This document shows positions 1 through 8,443 of a stretch of 64,000 bases of DNA, in pieces; position 1 is the stretch's first letter; every line of letters starts with the position of its first letter. The notes beneath the pieces were generated by a model. The model did not search any database and had not been told where the DNA came from. It was given only the letters and a program-made list of their open reading frames with translations. Source of the stretch: a virus; IMG/VR virus record IMGVR_UViG_3300032287_001394; one strand, 5' to 3'. Position numbers and translations under genes: made by a program.

Positions 1-1
1 G

Positions 2-835
2 GGCGGAAAGTTAGCCGTTAACATTGCATTAGGAACTGCACGATATGCTTCTGGTCAAATTGCGAAGAACAATCCGCAGAGCGTGGCGATTAATACTCCT
101 ACGGCTACTGTCGCTGTCCGTGGTACAGACTTTACTGCTACTGTTGATGAGTTAGGTAGATCCACATTCATACTATTGCCTTCATGTCCAAAAGGTTGGA
201 TTGACATAGAAAAAGACTGTAAGACTGGTAAGATCGAAGTTATTACGGATGAAGGTAAGGTTCTATTAGATAAAGCATTCCAAGCTACGAGGGTAGATTC
301 AAAAGAAACAAGGCCATTCAAACCAGTCATCGTTAATCTGACAGAAGACATGATTAATAACCTATTGGTATTATCTCCTCCAAAAGAACTAAGAGAGACT
401 GATAAAGATAGACAGCGAAATAGAGAATCTGCAAAGGGAGCACTTGATGTTGACTTCCTTGCAGAGAATAAACTAGTAGACGTACTAGCTAAAGAAGAGA
501 AAGAGATGTACCAAGATAAGTTATCTCGTAACCTGTTAGATAATGACTTCCTTGCAAACGTATTAGACATCATTAATGCGCAACTAGCAGCACAACTAGA
601 TTTACTTGGTAAGACAAAGACAGGTTTATTACCTGATTATGTACCAACTTCAGGTGTTACAGTTGAGGTCGATGATTTACAAGTTACATTATGTCGTGAG
701 GCTGGTGGAGATACTCAATGCATTACGACTCCAAAAAACCAAAATACTACTGTGACACAGACACAAGGTCCAGTAGAAATTAAGAATAGGATTAATAACG
801 GTGGCGGCACTACTATCAATACTACTCAGAATTAG
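2..835 (+). CDS. FecR-domain protein (5' end outside window)
   Basis: The frame is open from base 2 (GGKLAVNIALGTARYASGQIAK...). INTPTATVAVRGTDF is the typical FecR-domain motif. Confidence 0.8.
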   Translation, partial: GGKLAVNIALGTARYASGQIAKNNPQSVAINTPTATVAVRGTDFTATVDELGRSTFILLPSCPKGWIDIEKDCKTGKIEVITDEGKVLLDKAFQATRVDSKETRPFKPVIVNLTEDMINNLLVLSPPKELRETDKDRQRNRESAKGALDVDFLAENKLVDVLAKEEKEMYQDKLSRNLLDNDFLANVLDIINAQLAAQLDLLGKTKTGLLPDYVPTSGVTVEVDDLQVTLCREAGGDTQCITTPKNQNTTVTQTQGPVEIKNRINNGGGTTINTTQN

Positions 836-2069
836 TCTTGTATTCTTATTAATATTTAGTACTGTGGCTCAGGCTATAACTTACTCTCCTAATGGGACAT
901 CAGGATTAAATCTTGTTTATAATGGTAATGATGATGATAATTCTTATACTGTCAATCTGCCTTGGTCAATTAATTTTTTAGGTACTAACTATAGTTCTGT
1001 TTATGTTGGTACAAATGGATATATCACTTTATCCTCACCTAATTCTACTTACTCAGGATTCTCTCCTTCCAATCCAGCTGGTCCACATATAAGCATATAT
1101 CCCGCAGATCGTAGACTATATAAATTGTATTATGCGCAAATAGATGCAGGTACTGCTCAAGCACGATTTGTTATCAGAGCGCAGGGTGTTGATTATTCTA
1201 ATGCCGCGGTCACCTATATATGGGAGGTTCATTTTTATCCAGGTTCATCATATTTTGATATCTACTTTGTAGATGCACCATCATCAGGCAACGCTGGAAC
1301 TACAGGTATTAGTAATGGATCTACTTATGTTTCAACGTTTACCACAACTGAATTAACAGGTATTCGTATTAATGCTAATGGAACACTTGATACCGGTGCA
1401 CCAGCGTATAGTTCATCTATCACTATTGCACAACAAGCACGTAAGAACTCTGAGACTGCTCAAAGGACATCTCAATCTGGTAATGAAATACAGATTGAGC
1501 AGATAGGTGATAATAACAACATTACGATAAGACAAGGTGTTAACGTTACTGGTAAGAATAGGATTGAGTTATACTCTAATGGTAATTATAATACGCTTAA
1601 CTTAAATCAAGGTTATACTACAACAGGAACAGTATCAATAGGAGATAGTAATAACCATTATCTTAATTTAAACTTAATAGGCAATAATAACACAGTAACA
1701 AAACAACAGACTGGTACAAATAACTTTTTAGAGACAACTATAAGTGGTAACAATAATAATGTTACTAATCTTCAACAGGGTACTAGTGGTAAGATATTAT
1801 TTCAGAGTGTGAGTGGTAATAGTAATACAGTGACTACTAATCAGAAGGATTCTGGTCAGCATTACTTGGATCTTAAGTTAACTGGGAATGGTCATAATGT
1901 AGGTGTAACTCAACAAGGAACAGGTAACCACGCTGCTACGATTGACTTGACTAATTCAGGCGGTGCAGCAACACTTAACCTTAACCAGTTAGGATCTACA
2001 AATCAGATATATAGTATACAACAAAGCTGTGTTAATGCTGCAGGCTGTTCAACAAACATTAGCCAATGA
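801..2069 (+). CDS. Secreted protein with a NIDO-like N-terminal domain and curlin-like repeats
   Basis: Signal peptide ending AQA; DDD...LPWSINFLGTNYSSVYVGTNGYI (nidogen-like); C-terminal Q-x-G-x-x-N repeats (IEQIGDNN, QQTGTNN, QQGTGNH, NQLGSTN). Confidence 0.7.
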   Translation: MAALLSILLRISLVFLLIFSTVAQAITYSPNGTSGLNLVYNGNDDDNSYTVNLPWSINFLGTNYSSVYVGTNGYITLSSPNSTYSGFSPSNPAGPHISIYPADRRLYKLYYAQIDAGTAQARFVIRAQGVDYSNAAVTYIWEVHFYPGSSYFDIYFVDAPSSGNAGTTGISNGSTYVSTFTTTELTGIRINANGTLDTGAPAYSSSITIAQQARKNSETAQRTSQSGNEIQIEQIGDNNNITIRQGVNVTGKNRIELYSNGNYNTLNLNQGYTTTGTVSIGDSNNHYLNLNLIGNNNTVTKQQTGTNNFLETTISGNNNNVTNLQQGTSGKILFQSVSGNSNTVTTNQKDSGQHYLDLKLTGNGHNVGVTQQGTGNHAATIDLTNSGGAATLNLNQLGSTNQIYSIQQSCVNAAGCSTNISQ

Positions 2070-2127
2070 TTGACCATGCCAAGATTAATGCGCCTAATGC
2101 TAATAAAAGTTCTAAAGTATATAACAT
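2059..2127 (-). CDS. Putative 22-aa hydrophobic membrane peptide MLYTLELLLALGALILAWSIIG
   Basis: Read by eye on the minus strand. AAAGGAGA Shine-Dalgarno 5 nt before the ATG; TATAAGTA late-promoter variant at 2147-2154 (minus). Confidence 0.55.
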   Translation of the reverse strand: MLYTLELLLALGALILAWSIIG

Positions 2128-2207
2128 GTTATTCTCCTTTCTATATTACTTATAGGAATAATATGTGTTTCTTTATATTATGTTTTTATAAGCTTATTCC
2201 AGGAATG

Positions 2208-2215
2208 TATAAATA
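2208..2215 (+). promoter_or_regulatory. T4-type late promoter TATAAATA
   Basis: Exact gp55 consensus 6 nt upstream of the ATG at 2222. Confidence 0.65.
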
Positions 2216-2221
2216 AACAAA

Positions 2222-2965
2222 ATGAAAAAGTATAAAACCATTTGCATTTCCGATACACATCTTGGTTCTAAGGATGCAAAGGCTGATTTACTTAATAACT
2301 TCCTTAAGAACCATGAGTGTGATAACCTATTTTTAGTAGGCGATATCATAGATGGTTGGAAGATCCAACAGAATAAATGGAAGTGGAAGCAAAGTCATAC
2401 TAACGTTATCCGTAGGATATTAGGTTATGCTAAACGCGGAACTAAAGTTACGTATGTGACAGGTAATCATGATGAGTTTATTAGACCATTTGTTAATCAA
2501 TTTTCTCTTGGTTCTATTACTATATGCAACCAAGCAGAGTACAGAGGCATTGATGGAAATCTATTCTTAGTAACACATGGCGACATGTTTGATGGCATTA
2601 CAAGAGTTGGCAAATGGATCGGGTTTCTTGGCGATACAGCTTATGACTGTGTATTATGGATCAACACTAAGTTTAATTACATAAGACATAGGTTAGGGTT
2701 TGGTTATTGGTCGTTAAGTAAGTTTCTTAAACATCAAGTAAAGAAAGCGATAGATTTTGTATTCAAATTCGAAGAAAACCTTGCAGGATACTGCGAACGA
2801 AAAAACTTTGACGGAGTTATTTGCGGGCATATCCATACTGCATCGATTAAGTCTATCAATGGAATAATCTATATGAACGACGGAGATTGGGTAGAATCAT
2901 GTTCAGCTCTAGTAGAACATGAAGATGGTAAATGGGAAATAATTTATTGGAATAAAATAATATGA
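2222..2965 (+). CDS. Metallophosphoesterase, PlcP/LpxH-like (probable phospholipase C)
   Basis: Motifs SDTHLG, GDIIDGW, GNHD, HGD, GHIH and NDGDWVESC; next to an Agt-like GT4. Confidence 0.8.
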   Translation: MKKYKTICISDTHLGSKDAKADLLNNFLKNHECDNLFLVGDIIDGWKIQQNKWKWKQSHTNVIRRILGYAKRGTKVTYVTGNHDEFIRPFVNQFSLGSITICNQAEYRGIDGNLFLVTHGDMFDGITRVGKWIGFLGDTAYDCVLWINTKFNYIRHRLGFGYWSLSKFLKHQVKKAIDFVFKFEENLAGYCERKNFDGVICGHIHTASIKSINGIIYMNDGDWVESCSALVEHEDGKWEIIYWNKII

Positions 2966-3093
2966 AAGTAAAAAAATTAGTACGCAAGATGTATCTAGCA
3001 TGTGTTAGACACCAAAAGAAGAAGCAAAAGAAACTTTGGTTTAAAGCATTGAAGAAAAGTTTACAACATAAGAAGACGCAAATCATACAATGA
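2962..3093 (+). CDS. 43-aa Lys-rich peptide MKVKKLVRKMYLACVRHQKKKQKKLWFKALKKSLQHKKTQIIQ
   Basis: Fills the gap exactly, with ATGA overlaps at both ends (translational coupling). Confidence 0.6.
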   Translation: MKVKKLVRKMYLACVRHQKKKQKKLWFKALKKSLQHKKTQIIQ

Positions 3094-4082
3094 AGATATT
3101 AATAGTAACAGACAATTTAAGAGATCAAGTCAATGGCGTTGTCACCACATACAAAAATATTGAGGATCATGCTGTTTCTGCTGGCCATAGTATTGTTTAT
3201 TTTGATCCCCGGCAGTTCCGTCATATTGATTGTCCTTTTTATCCTGAGGTCAAACTTTCCATTCCTTCGTACTTTATCAGTAAGATTAAGAAGATGGGTG
3301 CGGATCGCATTCACATCGCGACAGAAGGTCCGCTAGGACTATTTGCAAAGTTCTACTGTGACGCAAACAAGATACCATACACCACAGCGTATCATACTAA
3401 GTTTCCAGAATTCTTAAAAAAATTACTATGGATACCTACATCTATCACATATAGGTATCTTAAATGGTTTCACAAGTATTCTAAGGCTACACTAGTCCCT
3501 TCACAATCAATGAAAGATGAGCTAGAATCAAAAGGATTTAAAAACTTAGTTACTTGGACAAGAGGTGTATCACACGAACTAATAACTAAGAGGACTACTT
3601 CTAAAAACAATCAACCACTAAAAGTATTATACGTAGGGCGCGTATCTAAAGAAAAGAACTTAGAAGACTTATGTAAGTTACAAGATGTCTATGATATCAC
3701 TATTGTAGGTGATGGCCCAACATTAAATGATTTAATTCGCAAGTATAGAAAAGTTTATTTTACTGGATATAAGTTTGGAGAAGAGTTATCTAAGATCTAT
3801 TCTGAGAACGATGTATTTGCCTTCCCATCTTTAACAGATACATTTGGTATAGTCATCATTGAAGCAATGTGTAATGGATTGCCAGTGGCAGCATATAGAG
3901 TAACCGGTCCACAGGATATAGTCGAGTATGGAGTTACAGGATACCTAAGTATGTATGGTAATGGGTTAGATTCTTCTATAGAAAAGTGTAGGTCATTAGA
4001 TAATATTAAAGTCCAAGATCTATCTGTTAATAAGTGGACGTGGAAAAACTGTTATGATATATTCATTAACACAATAAAATAA
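3090..4082 (+). CDS. GT4 glycosyltransferase, Agt-like (glycolipid synthase)
   Basis: MKILIVTD...QVNGVV, IHIATEGPLG, YHTKFPE, YVGRVSKEKN, FPSLTDTFGIVIIEAMCNGLPV. Confidence 0.85.
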   Translation: MKILIVTDNLRDQVNGVVTTYKNIEDHAVSAGHSIVYFDPRQFRHIDCPFYPEVKLSIPSYFISKIKKMGADRIHIATEGPLGLFAKFYCDANKIPYTTAYHTKFPEFLKKLLWIPTSITYRYLKWFHKYSKATLVPSQSMKDELESKGFKNLVTWTRGVSHELITKRTTSKNNQPLKVLYVGRVSKEKNLEDLCKLQDVYDITIVGDGPTLNDLIRKYRKVYFTGYKFGEELSKIYSENDVFAFPSLTDTFGIVIIEAMCNGLPVAAYRVTGPQDIVEYGVTGYLSMYGNGLDSSIEKCRSLDNIKVQDLSVNKWTWKNCYDIFINTIK

Positions 4083-4083
4083 T

Positions 4084-4112
4084 TTTACTTTAATTAAATA
4101 TAATAATATAAT
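4084..4112 (+). promoter_or_regulatory. Early/middle sigma70-like promoter TTTACT-N17-TATAAT
   Basis: Member of a 9-copy motif family in this window; lies just before the cyclase ATG. Confidence 0.55.
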
Positions 4113-4118
4113 ACTATT

Positions 4119-6131
4119 ATGAAAAAAATATTACTAAGCCCATGGTTGGCTCTATTAACGTTAACATTATTAATAGCGATCAGAGTTACTGACCCATCAT
4201 TTGTAGAGTCAGTTAGACTAAGATACTTTGATACATTAATTACAAGTAAGCAACAAACTATTTCAAAACAGGTTCATGTCGTAAACATTGATGATAAGTC
4301 AATTGAACGACTAGGGCAATTCCCATTTCCAAGGACACAATATGCAAATATTATCGAAGATCTTTATGCTCGTGGCGCTGGCCTCGTTGTTTTTAATCTG
4401 TTTATGCCTGATAGTGATAGGTTTAGACAAGATGCTGGACTTGCTGATACCATCGCTAGACACCCTGTGGTCTTACCTCAGGTAGCTACATCAGACAAAC
4501 AAAAACCTGGTGCATTTAGACCAGGAGTTTCAGAGATTGGTGGTAAAGCTTCTGACTTTGCAGTAAATTATCCAGGCATTCAAGCCAATATATCATTATT
4601 TAACAGCAAAGCTGCTGGAATAGGAGTCGTAAATGTATTACCTGAAATTGATGGTGTTGTTCGTCGTATCCCTATGGTCGTTGCAAGTGAAGGCCAACTG
4701 TACCCAAGTATCAGTCTTGAAACAATGCGTGTTGCAGTCGGAGACCCAAGTTTCCAAGTTAAATCTACCGATGCAGGAATCGAAGCTGTTCGAATCCCCA
4801 AGTTCGCAAAGATTACCACTGACACCGTTGGCCGAATATGGGTCGACTGGTCGTCTAATCCAATTGAACACTCCGTTGTGGACCTCCCAAAATCATTCAA
4901 CGGAGGTATCGTCATCGTTGGGCTTACCGCTCGGGGACTTAATAACCCAGTCGCAACTGCCAGAGGTGCAATCTATCCGCATTATGTACAAGCTTCTGTA
5001 CTAGATACACTAACATCAGGCACCAGCATATCACGTCCTGACTGGGCAGATGGTGCTGAGATATTAGGATTAGTATTACTTTCTATCATATCAATTTTAT
5101 TAACAAGGTGGACATATGGATTTATTCCTGTCATTGCTATTCTCGGTGGTGTTTATTTCGGCAGTAGGTATATTTTCCAAGGACATTCGCTTTTACTGGA
5201 TGTTAGCTTTCCTATTATTGGGCTTGTGTTGGTTTACTTACACAGCTATACAGTTAAGTTCCTTAGCGAGTTAAGCCAGAAGTTACAGATCAAGAAACAG
5301 TTTGGTTCTTATGTAAGTCCTATCATCGTTGAACGTTTACAAAAAAATCCAGATCTTATTAAACTAGGTGGTGAAGAGAAGATGCTGACCGCAGTCATGA
5401 CTGACATGCGTAACTTTACTGGACTTGGCGAGAAGTATGGTGCAGACGTAGAAGGTTTTACTGCTATCATGAACCAATACATGACAGCGATCGCTCAACC
5501 GGTATTTAAGAATGATGGATGTTTAATTAAGTTTATTGGTGATGCATCACTACATATTCATGGTGCTCCGTTAGATGATGATAAACATGCATATCATGCA
5601 GTTAAGACGACGCTTGAAATGATTGAAGCAGTCGAAGAGTTTAATAAGCATTTAGAATCTATTGGCAAACCTCCTGTCGGTATGGGTGCTGGTGTCAATA
5701 CAGGTAAGATCTTAGTAGGTAACATCGGATCTGAAGGTAAGATGGGCTATGACGTGTTAGGTGATCCTGTCTCAGTAGCTGCACGATTAGAGAGTCAAAC
5801 AAAATCATATGGCGTATTGATGATCCTTGGTCCTGATACAGCTGAAGCAGTTAAAGATGACTTTGATGTCGTATGGTTAGATAACATCGCTGTTAAAGGT
5901 AAGACAGTTGGATTAGACATCTACACAGTCGGTAAGACTATCAAACATAAACATGAAGAGTATAAGAAAGAGTATACTCGCGGTAATTGGAAACGTGCCA
6001 CAGAATGGGCATTAGAACTCATCGACGATAAAGACGTCACCATCAAAGACTATTATCATAAGATGATAGAGAGAATGAATCAAGGTCTCCCAGCTAACTG
6101 GGATGGCACTTATCACGCTACCTCTAAGTAG
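4119..6131 (+). CDS. CHASE2-domain class III adenylate/guanylate cyclase
   Basis: N-terminal TM, CHASE2 (VVNIDDKSI..GQFPFPR; DGVVRRIP), three TM helices, then cyclase motifs TDMRNFT, IKFIGDA, GAGVNTG, YDVLGDPVSVAARLES. Confidence 0.9.
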   Translation: MKKILLSPWLALLTLTLLIAIRVTDPSFVESVRLRYFDTLITSKQQTISKQVHVVNIDDKSIERLGQFPFPRTQYANIIEDLYARGAGLVVFNLFMPDSDRFRQDAGLADTIARHPVVLPQVATSDKQKPGAFRPGVSEIGGKASDFAVNYPGIQANISLFNSKAAGIGVVNVLPEIDGVVRRIPMVVASEGQLYPSISLETMRVAVGDPSFQVKSTDAGIEAVRIPKFAKITTDTVGRIWVDWSSNPIEHSVVDLPKSFNGGIVIVGLTARGLNNPVATARGAIYPHYVQASVLDTLTSGTSISRPDWADGAEILGLVLLSIISILLTRWTYGFIPVIAILGGVYFGSRYIFQGHSLLLDVSFPIIGLVLVYLHSYTVKFLSELSQKLQIKKQFGSYVSPIIVERLQKNPDLIKLGGEEKMLTAVMTDMRNFTGLGEKYGADVEGFTAIMNQYMTAIAQPVFKNDGCLIKFIGDASLHIHGAPLDDDKHAYHAVKTTLEMIEAVEEFNKHLESIGKPPVGMGAGVNTGKILVGNIGSEGKMGYDVLGDPVSVAARLESQTKSYGVLMILGPDTAEAVKDDFDVVWLDNIAVKGKTVGLDIYTVGKTIKHKHEEYKKEYTRGNWKRATEWALELIDDKDVTIKDYYHKMIERMNQGLPANWDGTYHATSK

Positions 6132-6196
6132 CATATATCCTCCAGTCCGTGCTGTCCCAGGAGCTCCCGGGCATACCCAAAACAAAGTCTAATATA

Positions 6197-6229
6197 ATCA
6201 ATAACTTGCATAATACGTAAGTTATTGAT
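6197..6229. repeat. 11-bp inverted repeat ATCAATAACTT-N11-AAGTTATTGAT
   Basis: Perfect arms at 6197-6207 and 6219-6229 in the intergenic region. Confidence 0.7.
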
Positions 6230-6260
6230 CCATATACAATATTTATTTTCAGCAGGCCTA

Positions 6261-6289
6261 TGTACTTTAATTAGCTAATCCGGTATAAT
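6261..6289 (+). promoter_or_regulatory. Early/middle promoter TGTACT-N17-TATAAT
   Basis: Recurring motif with exact 17-nt spacing. Confidence 0.75.
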
Positions 6290-6321
6290 GGTTATATTAA
6301 ATCAAACAACGGAGAGAAACA

Positions 6322-6600
6322 ATGAAAAGCTTACAAGAACAAATCAAATGGGAAATGCAATGTTACGGTATGACAAAGGACCAATTAAAACGTATGGTTA
6401 AAGAGCAATCATTTCCAGGTACTGAAATCATGTTCGCGGCGGGATTATTAAGTGACGCACAAGAAGTTATCGGTGCTGACTTAAATGGTGCTAACGAAGG
6501 TTGGGTTTCACCTCAACAAGCTAATGAAGCTCGTCAATTCATCAACTGTGCAAAGGCAATTATATTTGAGTTGATGGAATCACGTAAAGAGCCAATCTAA
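6322..6600 (+). CDS. Hypothetical protein
   Basis: ORF with GGAGA SD downstream of a promoter. Confidence 0.7.
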   Translation: MKSLQEQIKWEMQCYGMTKDQLKRMVKEQSFPGTEIMFAAGLLSDAQEVIGADLNGANEGWVSPQQANEARQFINCAKAIIFELMESRKEPI

Positions 6601-6603
6601 GCA

Positions 6604-6632
6604 TGTACATTAATTAACTAATTTGGTATAAT
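6604..6632 (+). promoter_or_regulatory. Early/middle promoter TGTACA-N17-TATAAT
   Basis: Recurring motif. Confidence 0.75.
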
Positions 6633-6638
6633 AACATT

Positions 6639-6803
6639 ATGGAAAATCAAGATAACATTAAACTAAACGTAAAAGGTCTTAAGAGGGGTTACATGTATTC
6701 TACTCCAGACCCTATCGACTATGATGATCTCATAGAAGACGAACGTGAACTTTTAAATGCCATGGCCGATCCTCACTTTAACGGTCCTGGCTTTGACGAA
6801 TAA
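6639..6803 (+). CDS. 54-aa hypothetical protein (MENQDNIKLNVKG...GPGFDE), probably leaderless
   Basis: Read by eye; the ATG lies 6 nt after the -10 box. Confidence 0.55.
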   Translation: MENQDNIKLNVKGLKRGYMYSTPDPIDYDDLIEDERELLNAMADPHFNGPGFDE

Positions 6804-6952
6804 GACTCTACGCCACTTAATACATATATGCGGACTATGTCGACTCAGCTTCCGCGGGTCAGTGTGGATACGCACGCTGTAGAGTCTTTTTTAAAGTGCA
6901 TTAGAGAGGTCAAACTAAGGGTACCTCTATTTGATCTAATGCACTTTAAAAA
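6802..6952 (+). ncRNA. Two adjacent stem-closed structured elements upstream of the tRNA
   Basis: 10-bp stem 6802-6811/6879-6888 and 18-bp perfect stem 6888-6905/6935-6952, each with internal complementarity. Confidence 0.45.
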
Positions 6953-7029
6953 GGGCCTATAGCTCAGTTGGTTAGAGCAGAGGACTCATAATCCTTTGGT
7001 CCATGGTTCGAGTCCATGTGGGCCCACCA
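6953..7029 (+). tRNA. tRNA with CAU anticodon, most likely Ile2 (lysidine type)
   Basis: Cloverleaf with acceptor GGGCCTA/TGGGCCC, D arm AGCTCAGTTGGTTAGAGC, anticodon loop CTCATAA, TTCGA and encoded CCA. Lacks the initiator GGG/CCC anticodon stem and resembles bacterial ileX. Confidence 0.9.
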
Positions 7030-7054
7030 TTTTTTTTAACTTGAAAGGTATATC

Positions 7055-7312
7055 ATGCAATTATTAGAAGAAGATCGTAAGAAAATCAAAGGCGCATTAG
7101 GCGAGATCTCTGATTCAATGACACGAGTCGAGGCTGAAAAAGACTTTGTTAAAGAAGTACTTAAGAACCTTTATGACGAATTTAAGATCCCTAAGAAAAC
7201 TTTAGCTAAGCTTGCTAATACGTATCATAGACAAAACTTCAATGAAGAAGTAGCTTTGAACGATGAGTTCGAGACTATCTATCAAACAGTTACGAACCAA
7301 GAAGCAGAATAA
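7055..7312 (+). CDS. dsbA: T4 DsbA-like dsDNA-binding protein
   Basis: Size and pattern (EISDSMTRVEAEKDFVKE...LANTYHRQNF) fit; it lies near rnh as in T4. Confidence 0.7.
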   Translation: MQLLEEDRKKIKGALGEISDSMTRVEAEKDFVKEVLKNLYDEFKIPKKTLAKLANTYHRQNFNEEVALNDEFETIYQTVTNQEAE

Positions 7313-7313
7313 T

Positions 7314-7342
7314 TGTACATTATTAATTAATTATGGTATACT
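7314..7342 (+). promoter_or_regulatory. Early/middle promoter TGTACA-N17-TATACT
   Basis: Recurring motif. Confidence 0.7.
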
Positions 7343-7348
7343 GCCAAT

Positions 7349-8443
7349 ATGAAAACTAAAAAACCTACCAAAGAATGGCAAGAAAAAGCTATCGCTAAAG
7401 GCAAAGGCGATGGTGCTCCTGTGGTAACACAAGACGAGTATCGTACATCTTTGATGAAAGCGTTAGGATACTATAATCTTAATATGGATAATAGCGAACG
7501 TGCTAAAGTCGTCCTTAATTATCTTAAGAAGACTAATAAGAAGTATTATGATGTCTTATCTAAAGCGCCTGACTATGAATTCTTGTCTTTAGGATCATTA
7601 ATAACTATCCTTAATAAAGGTGAATACTTATCTGACAAAGATCAAAAAGGTATGCAAGATAAGCTTGACTCTCTATATGAGTGTTACTCTTATAATCAGC
7701 CAGTAATAGATGATCGTCCTAAGGCTCAAGTGATATCTATCGAGAAGCGAGTCATTGATGCAGCACGTACAGCATCTGAAGACATCGACTATGCTATCGA
7801 TAAGTTTATGCATTCAAAGGTGTGGGACTTCAATACTAAAGCACATCTATTATCTAATAATGTGTCGGGTATGGTGGCCAAAAAGATTGGTGATTACTAT
7901 AAGCTTAACGTTGACGAGATCGATGAAGCTATGGCTGGTACTGATGAGCAACTTACTGAAGGCTATTCATTCCTTACTAAGACTGAACTTAAGAAGTTTA
8001 GAGCTGCTATCCAATCCATCGTAGATGATTGTGCCCAACATCAAGTTACAGTTAAGAAGCCTAGAGCTGTTAAGGTTAAATCTCCGGCTTTAGTGGTTAA
8101 GAAACTTAAGTATATGTTTAAGCATGATCTATTGAATCTTAAGTCTATCAATCCAGCAGACATCGTTGGTGCTAAAGAGTTGTGGGTCTATAATATCAAG
8201 TATAGAAAGCTTGTAGCTTATGTAGCTGACGACTCTGATAGCTTAACAGTTAAAGGTACAACCATCATCAACTATAGTATCGCTAAGTCTTGGGCATGGA
8301 CTCTTAGGAATCCTGAGAAGTTCTTTAAAGATACACAGATCGGTAAGCGTGCACTTAATGCTGCAGCAAAAGCTTTGACTACAAAGCCTGTAGCACCAAA
8401 TGGGCGTGTCAATGAAGAAACAATTTTATTAGGTGCATTTTAA
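7349..8443 (+). CDS. Conserved T4-like phage hypothetical protein
   Basis: 364-aa ORF coupled to rnh; C-terminus GRVNEETILL resembles the conserved gene upstream of rnh in marine and freshwater T4-like phages. Confidence 0.7.
   Translation: MKTKKPTKEWQEKAIAKGKGDGAPVVTQDEYRTSLMKALGYYNLNMDNSERAKVVLNYLKKTNKKYYDVLSKAPDYEFLSLGSLITILNKGEYLSDKDQKGMQDKLDSLYECYSYNQPVIDDRPKAQVISIEKRVIDAARTASEDIDYAIDKFMHSKVWDFNTKAHLLSNNVSGMVAKKIGDYYKLNVDEIDEAMAGTDEQLTEGYSFLTKTELKKFRAAIQSIVDDCAQHQVTVKKPRAVKVKSPALVVKKLKYMFKHDLLNLKSINPADIVGAKELWVYNIKYRKLVAYVADDSDSLTVKGTTIINYSIAKSWAWTLRNPEKFFKDTQIGKRALNAAAKALTTKPVAPNGRVNEETILLGAF

Noticed and set aside
55-573. 172-aa minus-strand ORF
   Set aside because: It lies fully antisense to the FecR-domain gene and has no motif support.
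6906-6934. AGAGG...CCTCT stem resembling a preQ1-I riboswitch
   Set aside because: It lacks the A-rich 3' tail and loop consensus and precedes a tRNA, not a coding gene.
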